Below are positions 10,101-23,900 of a stretch of 64,000 nucleotides of DNA, one piece after another (positions within the stretch are counted from its first letter, which is position 1; each line of letters starts with the position of its first letter). The stretch spans positions 3,662,123 to 3,726,122 of the forward strand of contig NW_002060944.1 of assembly GCF_000150275.1 (NCBI RefSeq), read 5' to 3'. The notes under the pieces are model-generated. The model was not told the origin of the DNA. It ran no database searches and worked only from the letters and a program-made list of their open reading frames with translations. Made by a program: the position numbers and the translations under genes. This stretch comes from Trichoplax adhaerens. Its lineage: Eukaryota > Animalia > Placozoa.

Positions 10101-13100
10101 TATTTACTCACTTAAGTTCAATGAATATGCAATAAATTGTTTACATACGTGTCTAGGTATAGAATGTAAGGCATACGGATCAGGGATTTCTAGAGCGAGT
10201 TTCTACAATAATATAAGAAAAAGTAATATCTCATTTCATATATAAGAATAAATAGATTAGCTTTTGTTACAGCTTAATTCCGACTGTCACAACTGCACCA
10301 TTAAACTATTCTACAATCCAAATATGGTGCCGGTACATCCATACGCACTTCTATTACATTTTAATTTTATGTACTTCACATAATTGTATTCTCTATTACA
10401 AAGGATTACCATACTTTAAAAATTATGGTTTATTGTTAACAATATTAGACAGGTCATGAAATTGTAGCAATTGCTGAACCATTGTAGTGCTTTTGGGTAT
10501 GACAATTAGTGCTAGCTGCATTTAAATTAGTAACAGTGAATAGAATAATAACACATCGCCCAAATATATGGTTTATAGTACATAAGATTATGTTTATGTA
10601 ACGTGAGATTCTACTTGGTGCAGTAAAGGGGTACCACGAGCAAAGTTACAACTGGTATTTTCTTTTACTGTAATGATCACACAGTTATTAGCAATAATAA
10701 GACTACTTCAACGAGACGAACAGTAAGGAGATTTCCTAATAATGTACTGGCTAATGCATTTCATTACTGAGATGATTGCGCTAACATGAACAACAATGGA
10801 TTGCATTATTACCGGAAATAACAATATAAATTTTTTATACGATAAGGACAAATACGCATACTGTACAGTTAAATATTTATTCATACCGGACTGGACCCAT
10901 CGTTTGGCGCAAATGTGATATTTCTTATCGATGTAGCAGGTACTGGAGTTTCGTATATAATGTTTATAAAATCTAGAGCAAGTTGCACCTGCAAAAAAAA
11001 TCACATCAAGCTTAGATTGGTAAAATATCACAGATAAATATAAAATACGATTTATTAATTATAACATTATGTCTTTTATCATGTTTATACTTGTCCTTTC
11101 CAGTAATAATCGCCAATAAAATTTAATATCTTGTAAAAGTTGTCAAACCATGGCAAGTAGCTAACATACATACAGTAATATAAATGAGGTTATAACGATC
11201 GGTGAATTACATGAGATAAATTCTTTATAATTTCTGTTCAGTAAGGGTATACCTAATAATGCATAAGCACACATCAGCATTAGAAGGAAAACGGCAAAAA
11301 CCGAAACGGTATTTTCCTTCACCATCGGTCAAAGTGAAAGTAAAATGTTGGACATGTCCCGCATTTCTAAAGAGTAATAGCATAAAGTTAATGGCATCCT
11401 TGATAATAGTTTATATAGTAAATTTAGATACCGATATGGTTTATCTGATTTCTAAGAACATCACATTACGATATCGTTAATCTGATATATGAATATTATT
11501 ATGGATAAAAATGACTATCAGAAATTGTACAGTACAGTATGTATTAATTGGTCTTAAGTTGACATATTACACGCACACTCACACAGTATGTAGTACTGCA
11601 AACTGAATACTGTAACACCCAATCAAAGTACATGAGATACTGATAAATTGCTGCAAAGCTTCGCAGCTGAAACCGATAATACACTATTTTTCCTGTTTAA
11701 GAAATAACAAACCGTTCAGTTTTACATGGGAAGCAAAACGGTGGTACAGAGCGTAATATTTCCTACAATGTAAGTAGAGATTTTAATCAGTTAGAAAATA
11801 CTACATAATTCACGGTAATTATAGCAATATTACATGGAAACTAGAGTAGAGACTATAAGATTTCATGCCTCACGTATAGCACGTGCAGTGACTGTGTTTA
11901 TCTCGCTATCGAAAATTATCGCAATTTCTTGGCAGCAGCGCTCGTGATCAATTGGAACCGACTAAACGCTATGTTTGTTTTTCTAGATTTTTAGGTAGTT
12001 AAAATTCAAAAGACTAAATAATATAGCTGGACTATTGAGCAAAGGATTGAAACCTGAGAATGGAAATCTAAACCTTAAAATGAAATATATAAAGTATTGG
12101 TACAGAGACAAGTAAAATTTAATGACTTTAGATTAACGTAAAGAATTGTTAATGACAGAAATTACAGTACTGTAAACCGCTGGATGTTTTAAGTCTAGTT
12201 AATCGCGATCAATTTAGACTTGTCACTTTATTTGGATATAAATTTACCTGATCGTCATAATTTGGTGGATAGGTAAGGACAACTTGATGATTTTTTTCTA
12301 AAAATATAATAATATAATTAATTAATGAATGAAATGCATAGCAGGGGGACTATACTAAACGATCACTGTACCGTGTCATAAGACATCGTTTACTGTTATT
12401 TTGCAGGTAAACATGGATAAGCTTGATTTATCCATACGTAATGAATAGTTTGTTATTAATAGTATTTGAGGATAACTGTGATAATAGCAATAAAATATTT
12501 TCGATTCTTCTTTATTATTGTTGCGTCGTTTTAAATTACTAATTCTATCGATTAAGCTATTTAACGTCTATCATTCGATTGGCATTGCATTGGGATTGCA
12601 TACCATATGTACTTTTTTAGGTTTACTAATTTATAATTTAAATAAGCAACGCTAGTAGAAATCGATGAAGCATAAATACAACTATTACTATTCCTACGCG
12701 ATCATTACTAAATGAATAAACTAAAGACATAGATCTCCATTTTTTGTTGTTGATATCGCTGAAGCAATCTCTTTACTTTCGATCATTACTGTAAAAAAAT
12801 TGTAGTTTTCGATTGAAAGTGCTGTCGTCTCTGACGAACTTTGTCTACGATGAGCTCTTCCAAAAGTTTCTCACCTACCTGAAGTGGGTTTTACTTACAC
12901 TATATTTGTAATTACGTTTTACTAAGCTATCCTTTACTGTAATTTAGATCTGGCAATTACTCTCTAGTTTGACTGTGTGATCCGTTATTGTATGAAAGAG
13001 TTACGTGTCCAGTCGTTACAAGGAGGCAAAGAACTCTACAACAACTCTACAAGGTGTAATGTACTTTGTATACGTTATTTACTACATCTATACCGCATTA

Positions 13101-13287
13101 CACTAGATACTTTTAGCATGACTTACTATCGTCACTTTGATTCCTGGCAACTTCCAAGAAACACTCAAAGATTCGTTTAGGATTCCTCCTAGATAACAAT
13201 TGCACAATCCAATTGAACCTTATCCAGTCTCTACCTTACCAACACTGAAATTGATTTGAAGAAACCTTACCGAAGCCGACAATCCAT
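7174..13287 (-). CDS. DENND1: DENN domain-containing protein 1 (connecdenn, Rab35 GEF family), about 20 exons
   Basis: Manually spliced minus-strand exons: MDCRLR (ATG 13287), RNPKRIFECFLEVA (~13188), VVLTYPPNYDDQ, EILRSVPPFCFP, HVQHFTFTLTDGEGKYRFGFCR, YLPWFDNFYKILN, RNLTDFVCAV, LLHERRILITSSRL, LTACVYSAANLLYPMYW, QHIFIPVLPPHLIDYC, APMPFLIGVHSSLME, VVILNVDEN, FIAERLEIYN, and a last exon 7980-7174. These are colinear with the recalled DENND1A/B uDENN-cDENN-dDENN motifs. The junction near 8248-8301 is uncertain. Confidence 0.93.
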
Positions 13288-13645
13288 TTAGAAGCTATTT
13301 TTGATTAGCCTATAATCTACTTTACTGTCAGTAAAGAATTGGATCCAACAAGTGTATCTTGCAGCATCAGATGTTCGAATTGTGATTCTATGACAAATAG
13401 CTTCTAAAAAGAAGTCTACAATGTTAGAGGAATCGTTGCCGAAACTCCTTTTCTCGGCGCAGTCAAAATGGAAGCAATGTTAGAGTCGAGTCGACAGCAC
13501 CCTAGTTAGAAATCTTTGTGTGCTGCAGTACTATCCGATACAGACTACTACGGTGCCAGAGGTCAAAGATTGCTGCTGGAAATATGGACGGAATGCTAGA
13601 CACTCCCTTAACACAATATTAGCATAGTACACCTACAGTCCATGG

Positions 13646-13745
13646 CAGTACACACTGTACTGTAGACACTACACAGTACTGTACAGTACTGTACAGTATG
13701 AAATGACAGCACAGTGTACAGTATATGGACTCCTGTACTGTACAT
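13646..13745. repeat. Cluster of palindromic ACTGTACAGT / CAGTA-TACTG motifs upstream of DENND1
   Basis: 'cagtactgtacagtactgtacagta' and scattered ctgta/tacag words lie 360-460 bp upstream of the DENND1 ATG. Confidence 0.6.
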
Positions 13746-15790
13746 ACGGTGCTACGCCTGCGCTATAGAAATGGCTTCTTCTAATGGAGTAGTGCCAGAT
13801 AGTTTGGAAGTGATTAGCAACATAACTTGCAGTATAACTTTCACGACACAGTAACAAATAACTGCAAAATGAGTTAAGAATAGACGAGAATAGACAAAAA
13901 CCAAAGAGTGACTTTAAGAATACGACTTTTATGAGGCGAAGATATTTAAGAGATACACGTGTACTGTTTACTCACCAATTATAGGGGTGCTGTCGTAACC
14001 TACTTTGGATGAAAATGATTAGAATAAGTTCTATTTGTAGTCGCAGTTGTAGTTAGAACTTTTACTACATAGTAAAAAATAACTGGAAATGATAGTTAAG
14101 AATACACCAACATTTACAAAACCAACAGTTGCTGCCACTTTAAAAATACGATTGTATTCAGATTAAAATATTTAATAGTCCATTTGCAGCTAGGCGGATT
14201 TGTTATGGAGATGAATTACCTCGATACCTCGCCAATCTACTTTCCTTTAAATTGGCAGTAAGTGATCGCAGGTGATGACTTATCCTTGTCTTTTATGCCT
14301 GAATGTAATCCTAATTTATATTCGATGAACCAAGAGTCATCATGATATTGAGTAGGTATATGCCTTTAGCGCACTATAAAAATCATGATTTTGATCTTCA
14401 TTGACACCTACATTTATCCCTTTGCTATTATAGTAAATACCAAGCCATGAATGCACGCTTGTTTAAAAGGGACGGCATAGCAGTAGCTCCCTGCCTCTTT
14501 CGAACAAAGTTTTGCATTTTTTTTTTTAAATCAAACTAGCTAGCCAAATTCAGAATTTTCAATTATCTAATTGATATTGTAGAGTACGTTATACTGTATA
14601 TTCGATCTACCGTGCAATCGATAGTAACAGATACAGAATTCACATTATAGGAAGAGCCAAAGCAGACGATTAAAAGTAATGATATACAGTACACCGTACT
14701 TTTTGCAGTGCTTAGTGATTATGACTAATCCACTTTTGCATTCAAATTATTGTAGAAACACTGACAGCAATACTGTAACAGAGTGATCAGTAGTACACTG
14801 ACCTAGCATTTCAAAGCTAATTTTCACTAATAAATGGAAGTTAGAAAGAATATCTCAAGGTTAAGCCAAAGTCATTTATAACATTCCTACAGTATACAGC
14901 CATCTATACGCGTATTACTGTACTACGAAACCAAGCAAGTCTCGATTGCTGTTACTGTTAAAGGCAAACATTTTAAATTTTAATAACTAACAAAGATTCT
15001 TATTATACAATCAGAAAACACATGAGTAATGTAACTATTTTATAAGACTTGCAATAGTGAAATATCTGCAAGGAAACGAGAATAACATTACAGTATAAAA
15101 TACTACAATTGTCGAATATGACAGTGCCTAGCATTATGGCTGGTATACACTGGAATACGGTATTCAGATTACAACATGCATACAAATCTATCGATTCTTA
15201 AAGATATATTGAACAAAATAGAATAAACGGATCAGCTGATCCCAAAATATAACATAACATTTGTATTAATTACATGGAGAAATTGTTTCATTGTCACTCA
15301 TACTAACTATAGTCTTAAAGAAATGTATGAGTCTCGGAGTAGGAATAAATAAATACATGCTGAGTGTGCACGATAATGGATATTGCATTTCATTATAAAG
15401 AATATACTATAAAATATACTGCACTTAGTGCACTATTATATCGAAGCAAAATTGAACGAATTACGTCAATTTTTAAAGCTCGAAAGTATATTATAAATTT
15501 TGTAAGATCTATTTAATCGAACATATTTAATAGATTCACTTCACTAACTTCAGTAACATCAGATGTATCAATATAACAATGAATAAATATCTATTAATCT
15601 ACAGTATTAAATTATGTAGTCATCTATTGGACTTTGGCAGTAACATGATATCTATTTTTTGATCGCAGCCTAAAACTTGTCTAGGTAACAATCCTTAGTA
15701 TTCGTATATGGTAAACAGTTACGAAATTTTCAATCAGTTTAAGGCGCAATTGCCCACAATGTGATGGGCTTTGACAGGAAATGTAGCTGC

Positions 15791-16678
15791 TTACGAATAA
15801 GTAAATCGATTAAAAAACGCCATCAAGAATGAACCGGTGCTCTCGTTAGTATTACCGCGATCTTTATGTAATTTATAGTTTCGATTGGCCAACTGTTCTA
15901 TTCGGCCAATGTCAGCATCTATTAAACTACTATTATCGTCGTTTGATACTTTATTCTCTTCTGTAGCCTCATCACAAGCCAAAGCTGTAGTAACGATGTT
16001 TCTGTTACTACCAGTATTGTTATCCTCATCGCCAACCGTGCTGCTGCTGCTGCAGCTATCATCTGCGGATTGCCGAATGGCTGTATCACATATTTTTTCA
16101 TTGCTTATTGTAGCATTCTCCACCTGTACATTATCGGCTTCTAGTGCACCTGGGAGTTGATCTTTCTTACCACGGTCACAATCGGCTTTCTTTGATTTTT
16201 TTGCTGTGCTACCACTTGAACTGTTATGCCCAACATAGTTACTTTCAAGGCTTAGATGCTTTCTTTTTGATCTGGTGTTATTACTGCGTAAATTTTTATT
16301 TTTAGCAATAGATTGCAGCTGCTCCTGGTGGACTGGGTCATTTGAAATATTCTGTAGAAATAAGACAAATTCGAATTTGCTCACATTCAATCGATTATTA
16401 TCGCGAAAGTATGATAAATCTTGGCCTTTATGCCATAATTTCTTATAAGGATAGGCGATAAATGTATCGCTGCGTATAGGGAATAAGCGTGATTCATGCT
16501 GTAAGATAAAAGTTATCATTCGTTTCATGTCATGGCGAACATCTCTTCTAGCCCAAAATTTCTTTTCCTCCTCAACGGTAGAGTTCTTATCTCGCTTGGC
16601 GAATAGTTTAATTTTATAAAGGACATTGCCGATCGTTATCAAGTGCATTTCCGACTGAGGTAATGTACTTTCTTCCAT
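15791..16678 (-). CDS. MAJIN: MAJIN-like membrane-anchored junction protein (meiotic TERB1-TERB2-MAJIN complex), single coding exon
   Basis: The N-terminal ~110 aa (LPQSEMHLITIGNVLYKIKL…DMKRMITFILQHESRLFPIRSDTFIAYPYKKLWHKGQDLSY…FEFVLFLQ) align by eye with the recalled mammalian MAJIN N-domain (FPETRFLHAGPNVYKFKI…ELEDSVRVVLGNLDNLQPFATEHFIVFPYKSKWERVSHLKF…FVFTLYVE). A basic patch, a disordered linker and a short hydrophobic C-terminus follow. Confidence 0.8.
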   Translation of the reverse strand: MEESTLPQSEMHLITIGNVLYKIKLFAKRDKNSTVEEEKKFWARRDVRHDMKRMITFILQHESRLFPIRSDTFIAYPYKKLWHKGQDLSYFRDNNRLNVSKFEFVLFLQNISNDPVHQEQLQSIAKNKNLRSNNTRSKRKHLSLESNYVGHNSSSGSTAKKSKKADCDRGKKDQLPGALEADNVQVENATISNEKICDTAIRQSADDSCSSSSTVGDEDNNTGSNRNIVTTALACDEATEENKVSNDDNSSLIDADIGRIEQLANRNYKLHKDRGNTNESTGSFLMAFFNRFTYS

Positions 16679-17189
16679 GATTGATATACGTTGCTATTTT
16701 ACTGGATCAATTTTGGATTTTGCTGTTTGACTTTTACATGACCACCTCAGAAATAGGCTAAATACAAAGAAGAGAAATCGTTCTTATACAGTCTATTAAT
16801 ATCAATATCCTGCTTTAAGCTAATTATCAAGAACGTAAACTGTTGTCCATTGTCAAGTCTGCACACAGCACAACATTGTCAACCAAGAGTCTCCACGTCA
16901 ATACAAGTGCAAAATAACAAAATATTTCCAATTTTACTGCAGTGTGCATACCTCCATAGAACTGTCCATTAACTCTTTGCTACAGCTAGCGATACTCAAT
17001 AAGGACTGCCGCTACTTTTAATACCGCCAAAGCACCAAAATTGCTGTTTACTAGCTTTGATTCAATTTCGAATTAGGCGCAGTTTCCATAAATAGCCAGC
17101 ACTAGAGGTAAAGTAAGGAGGGAGAGACGTTTAAATATGCACACAATAACTTGGCTACAGTACGGTGACAGTAAAGTTTTTAAGCTACT

Positions 17190-17760
17190 AGCCTGTACTG
17201 TACTGTACAGTACAAGTTAGTATAATTGAATGAATACTGTGTACTATAATGTACTGTACTGTATTGAGTGTGATTATTTTCGATGGCACCCTGAAAACAT
17301 ATAATTGTATAAGCTAAATCAGGCCCAAACTGGATAATTTCTATATTTGGTTGTAGCCTAATTTCTACGGGTATATGTAAATACTGTACAGGAATTTTAA
17401 CGGAATACAACTTTAATTTTGGAACGAAGGGGAGACATCGAAAATAATCACATTGGTACATGCTGAGACTACAGTTAGAGGCTGATATACAGTACAGTAC
17501 TGTACAGTATTCTACGTAGTCTGTTCCAGTACTGGAAGAGACAGCGTCTACAGTATATTTTTTGGAAATTTAGGTACTGTAATGTACAGTACAGTGTACT
17601 GTACTGCAGAAGAAGCCTACAATGTTATCATCATGTACTGTACAGTACTGTACAGTACTGTACGGAACTTTCCAAAGTCCCCATATGGAACTCACACTCT
17701 ACCATACTGTCCTGTGGACTGTACCATAAACGCCGTTTTAGGCTACGGTACTGTACTTGA
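17190..17760. repeat. Palindromic (ACTGTACAGT)n / (CTGTA)n motif cluster in the MAJIN-PPP1R10 divergent spacer
   Basis: Examples: 'gtactgtacagtactgtacagtactgtac' at ~17635-17663, 'tacagtacagtactgtacagta' at ~17488 and 'ctgtactgtactgtacagtac' at ~17192. Confidence 0.7.
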
Positions 17761-17859
17761 CGGTCTATACAGTGCCTATATAATTGGACAATTTGCTTAC
17801 TTCTCAGGGATTCAAGATTTACGTGCACGGTTCATCTACTTTTTTTAATGTTTTCCAGG

Positions 17860-17975
17860 CTGTGTCCAAAAAAAAGAAAGTAAAACGCGTCAGAAAAAAA
17901 AAGCACGCGTTGATTGATTGCCTGCTATTCCAACGGCGAAAAATTACAAATTGACTAACATTTCAAGGTAATAGT
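17860..17975 (+). promoter_or_regulatory. Putative PPP1R10 promoter / first non-coding exon
   Basis: Two ACGCGT words flanked by poly-A tracts at ~17885-17910, then a good donor 'tttcaag|gtaata' at ~17967. A matching acceptor 'cttag|' lies at ~20933, just before the coding start. Inferred only. Confidence 0.35.
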
Positions 17976-20900
17976 GCTGTACAGTTCATATTTGAAGTTG
18001 AGTTTTTTAGTCTATCGCAACTCCCAATGGAGAACCTGTCATTTTTTCCTCCAAACGATTGTCATGATGTGCGTTAAGAACTTCTTGCTCTTTTCTTCCA
18101 TTTAGAAGTTGGCGTTTATCATTCATTCGGTCTATTTTAGGCACAACAACAACAGGACTTTCCGACGCTGCTGTACCTCTTCCTCCATTAATACAATACT
18201 AAATCCTGAGAATCATCGCCAATAGTTAAAAAGTACTATCAATTTACGCTACGAATAGCTTAAAAATGATCGCTTTCATAGACGATATTACGCGATATGC
18301 TATATTAACCATACGTATTTTTCTACTGTATCACCACGGTAAAACACGCACGCATCACTAATTTACCTATTTCTTACTATTTCCATGAATATTTCCAACT
18401 TCACGTAATGGCGGTTGAACAGATCATCTACCGCTATGAACGATTGATGTTAGTTATCCCTATCTATAGCAGAGTAATAAGAGAGGCAAGCATAGGCCGC
18501 CTGTAAACGATTAACGCTAAAACGGGCATTGGAAGATACCATTCCATAGTGATACAGTAAACGGCAGTGACCTTCTTGTTATACAGTACCACTATACGGT
18601 AGATAGCAACTATTGATTACCATGCCGTAGTATTATTACACTACTGATTCAATAACACTAATTCCATCCATATACAGTACACTACTCCATTGTGATGATA
18701 GAAACTGCACCTCGTGTTGAAGTTTTAGCTGACAATTAATTAATTATATCAAAGGCGTATGTATAAGCCAAGTAGGAAGCAGGGAGTGCGTCACTACGGA
18801 TTGGGACAACTATCATGAAAATGCTTTTTAAGATAAATGATCATTAAATTGCAAGTTTGCTACGTTGGTGTAGAATACTTGCGGTAGTTGTACTGGACAT
18901 TTATACCGTAAAAGTATATAGTCATTCGGTCAATAGGGCTTTAGCACTTTCTAAAGGAAAAAGTTGTGCAGGGAGTAATTCTGCACTTTACTGGTCAGAA
19001 TACGAGAAATGAAGACTGAGAGGTGCCGTTCGAGTTATTGACTACTGCGCAACCGGAAAAGGCCATTTCAGTGAATGATTCAAGGTTTAGAATGTCTTAA
19101 TTACACTGCTCAATGTCGATTGAAATACAGTCAAGACTGAGGAGGCACGGTATCTTCCTCCTCAGTTCGTTATAGAATACAGTATTGAGCGTTATGACAG
19201 ATGAGTACGCGTGGCAAGGATTTCTTAGCCAGTACGGTAATAACCCGCGTACATCTGAAATAACATGTAATTCAAATATCTTTTAGCTATTTAAGTAATT
19301 TTACATTGCCAAAAGTTGTTTCTGTAGGCTGTAATATAGGCCGCAAGACGTATAGAAAATATATATATATATATATACTGTACATGATTCAGCCATTGAT
19401 TAGTTTTGCCTACCTATACAATTTGCTAAAGATGCAGTGCAACTACAACACTACAGTACAGAGTATATGGCACATATGTAGTATTTCCAGATACTGTTCT
19501 ATTATTACATCATAACTTCGCTAGACTTTGTAGTACAAACGGGATTTTCTTATTTCAGCCGTTTTATTTATTTATTGAAAGTCAGTATCAGTAATTACTA
19601 CGATCAAGGGCTACTAAGAAACGATCTTTTTCTAGTATACCAGGTATTATATCATTTCATAGGCGGCGCAATTTGCTATTCTCTACTCCACTAAATTGTT
19701 TTGTTTCTAGTCCATTTTTTTGTGCCCTTCAGCAATGTGTTGCACTGACGGACAGACATCCTTTTTATGTTGCTACTGCATCACAGTATGCAATACTCGA
19801 CTATACAGTGTACAGTACTTTATGTACAGATGGGAGTACTGTACAGTAGATGACCTTGTAACAGTATCACTCCTACTCCGTCATTTGCAGCAGAGACCAC
19901 AGGGGTCGGTAGGAATTGACTGTAGAATTGTATAGTGCGATATAGTATGTTGACAACTTTGAACATACAAACAGTATCATCGTTTTCTTTCAATCCAGCA
20001 TCCCTGCTGTTTCTGTAGTACTCGATTAATTTCTGCTGTGTGCAGTTGGCAGTATGGCTCTTGTTGATAATACTACATGTTGAACTTTTTGCCACTCTCT
20101 TCTGTTTCTACCACCACGGACTATTGTATCAGTGACTGTATTCCATTAACTGCGCTTTATAAAATACACCATTCGACCTAAACGCTTAGTTGACCTCGAA
20201 ACCCATCAACCGGACAATGACACTACCATTTGCATTGAAGATAAGCGTGCCGTGCTCAGTCAGTAAATTATTAACTTTGAGATGAAATGATAAAATGCGA
20301 TATCTCCGATGGATAATTGAAGACGTATCACTTTCATGCTTATAACACATACAATAATAATGTACTGTAATCGTGTGTAGTAAGCGCAATAATGATGGAA
20401 AACGCGATACGTCGCAAATCGTCTTTTCGACATGAACACCAATTACTCTACAGTACAGTATGGGAAATTAAAAAAACGTTCGTGCAGTAGGTTATAAGAA
20501 ACGATCCCCTAGTAATGCTGTGACTTGATAAGTAAATCAACCCTTCGATACAGCGTGTACAATTATTGTGTAGTAATTGTATGTTATATGTTAGTAGTAG
20601 AGAATAGTTGGCAGACCTCATTGCGTAGTAGTGACTATACCGAATCATTTTTTTGCAAAGTATGCGACATGCAAATTTCAACCTTGAAAAGCTGCGCATA
20701 TCAACCGCGTGAAAATGCAGTACTTTCCTATATGAACGCATTACATCTTTAATAATGATTTAGATTTAATCGTTATGTATGCATTTGAGTGAACTTTACT
20801 AGTACTAGCTCCGTTATTAGCGTTTCGAGTCATAATTCAATCTTATACGGTCTAAATTGCACAGTACCTATAAAAATAATAATTATAGTTTAATTGGTAA

Positions 20901-20980
20901 TATTTATCTAGTTGATTTTTCTTTTCCGCTTAGATAAAAACTAACTATAATAATTGTTGAAGCTGCCGTGATTATAACAT

Positions 20981-23900
20981 ATGGTGCACATGGTTAGTAC
21001 AACCGACTTATTTACAATCATTTAGACTTTAACTTTCTCTTTCAAAGAGTGCATGAAACATAGATCAAATGAAAATTGCTTACCCTAACTTTGGTTTTCT
21101 TTTATGACTTCACGTTAGGCCTCTGGGGGAGATCCGAGAGCGTTGTTAAACGCCTTAAGTTCAATGTTAGGAACTTCCGGATGTATAAAGAGTGCTCAAG
21201 AAGTTGTCAGAATAATAAGGTAATCTCAATTGCTTCGATTTAATAACAATAATTCAGAAATGCAATCCAAGAAGTAAATCAGTTAATTGGATTAGTTCAC
21301 TAAATCTACCACTAGATATACGTTTCCAGTAAGACTGTATAACGGTAATTATAATTATCGACGTAAGCAGTGTTAAATTGATCCACACTTTGACTTGGAA
21401 AGTATATACTAACTTGGAGATAACTATTCTAGTTTAATGAAAGATGCTACACAGACGATGAGTCAATGTGTATACTTGGATATTCTTAGAGCGACGTCAG
21501 ACCATCGGAAAACATTAGAAAAGTCGGTATCGTAGCAATTAATATCCATTTGATACTGAATTTGTAATCAAATAATGTGTTCCAAGGTTTAAACGAGCCT
21601 AATACTTAATACATACTAATGTCAATGTATTTTATGTATAGATTTGTTACAGCAGGTGGATGGGAAGTTTTAAATAAGTGGTTAAATGAGGCTAAAGAAT
21701 CCAACGATACGTGTTTACTTTCGAAAATTTTATCAGTAAGAGAGTATACCACGTTATATTACTTTATAGTCGAATGTAATGACTACAGAGTATGCACAGT
21801 GTAATCTCTGTAAAATTTCTATTATCCCTCCTTTAGGTTCTAAAATATTTACCTGTATCTGTAAATATTCTAAAGCAGGTAAAATATACTAAAACTGTTA
21901 TTATTTATTATCTGAATCATAGACATTTTATGCTTTACTACGAAGCAATATTTACTGTGTTGATATTTCTTTCAGGGTAATGCTGGGAAGACTGTAAAAA
22001 GCTTAATTAAACATACTCCAGGTATATAACACTGCCAGTATAAGAAATTGTTACTGTAAGAATATTATTATGTAACAACCTATCTCAATATTATATGTAT
22101 ATGTACAATTATGATAATTTAAATAGAGGTAAAAGATGTAGCAACTGATATTTTGGAACAATGGAAAGAAGTAGTCCGCAAAGAGACAGGTGGTAAGTCG
22201 GCGATATTGTATCTCTGAAAATATAATACACAAGTCATAGTTTGCGGTAAGATGATAAACTTCTAATGTTTAAATCTAGTTCAAGATACCGTTTCATCTA
22301 TGAAAAGAAAAAAAGAGAAATTAGAAGATGATAATGAACTTGCTAAGAAAGCCCGTAATGTTACGAAAGTACCCAATAGCAATAGTGTAAAACTAGAATC
22401 ACCCAACGACTCTACGATAAATAACAATCAAATTAGAAAGCAACCGTGAGTGCTACAACACTAGCAGTTTCATTGACTTAGATGTAATTATTTACCAAAA
22501 TTTCGTTATCTACAGTGTTAAAGTACCAATATCAAATAAAGCGAAGATAATGACAGCCAACATTCCTCCTACTAAGCCAAAGTCTACTGCCGCAACTCTT
22601 GCAACCACGATTACTGATAGTAGTTCCTTCATGGACGCTTTATCTGTCTCCGTTAGTAAAAAGCGTGCAAAGAAAGCTCAGTTATCTACTATCAAAAGCG
22701 GCCAACTACCTTCACAAACTGCTACATCCCCTGTAGACAAAACGTAAGTAATCAAGTCAACTTAATCTTCAGTAATACAACTATAATTTTAAGTATATTA
22801 TCATTTTTTCTTGCTCTCAGATTTCCTTCCCAGTCAGTTTCACCCGATCATGAAGTTAATTTTCCAACTATTAGCGAACCGACCATTCAGCCTATTCAAT
22901 CAGAAGCCACAGTAGAGAAAACTGTTGATCCAGTGGATCAACTTTCTAACAATATGAAACCGGTTAAAATTGGAAAGAAAAAAAAAAGGGTTACTTGGGC
23001 TTCTGAGCCAAATTTAACGAGGTTTCGTTATTTCGAACTAGATGAAAGTGAACGAGTCAATGTTCGTTCTCATAGCTTTCACGATGCGCAATACATGGAG
23101 ATGATGAGAGAAAGACAAACACTTCAGAATGCGAAATTTCAAGTGGTAGATAACATGAAGGAAACAATTGCTTGGAGTAAGCCAGCTTTAATTGAATTTG
23201 CCTCAGGTAGAGGGGGACAAATAACCGACCGACGTGTTCACAGTGATGAATGCGTAGCGCAGGTATACATGCATTGCACGCTATTGTGAGCCTTTTAAAT
23301 AACTAATAGTTGGAATAAAACATTTGTTTATCTAGGAAAAGAGAGAACAGACAGTATTAGCGGAGATTTTTTTCTCTAAGGATAGAGTATCTGATAATCC
23401 TGCAGAACCGGATTTGGAAGATCTACCTTCTACTACTTCATCGAAAGATCCAACAGTAATTCCTTTAATTCCTGTTCCTGATCCTGATCTGGATCTGTCT
23501 GAAGCTGGTTCGTCACTTGCATCAACAGATGCTGGTAGGTATTCACTCCCTCCTGAAATAGCAGACCTTATTACCTCAGCTGCGTCATCGCTAAGGACAC
23601 ATGGAAGCTCAGATACCGGTGCTGCAAAAGCCGTGCAACTAGCCGCTAAAATGATGCATACCGGAGGTTATCAGGATGAACAATATGCGCCTGAATTAGG
23701 TGATCGTGTAACTCCACAATATGAGGATGAAGAGTTAAATCATGAGTTTGAAGAGGACCCACACTACTATAATTATCCGCACGATCACCCAGATCAACCT
23801 CCGGATCGATTTGTCGGCCATGGTCCACCAATGCGAGGTAAACGATTCCCTGGTGCAAGAGGTGGCCCAAGAATGCACCATTGGCGTGGAGGCCCTCCAG

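Noticed and set aside
13669-20752. Short Cys/Tyr/Thr/Val-rich ORFs (YCTVLYSTV) at 13669, 17180, 17582, 17631 and 19720
   Set aside because: They are translations of the ACTGTACAGT simple repeat, not proteins.
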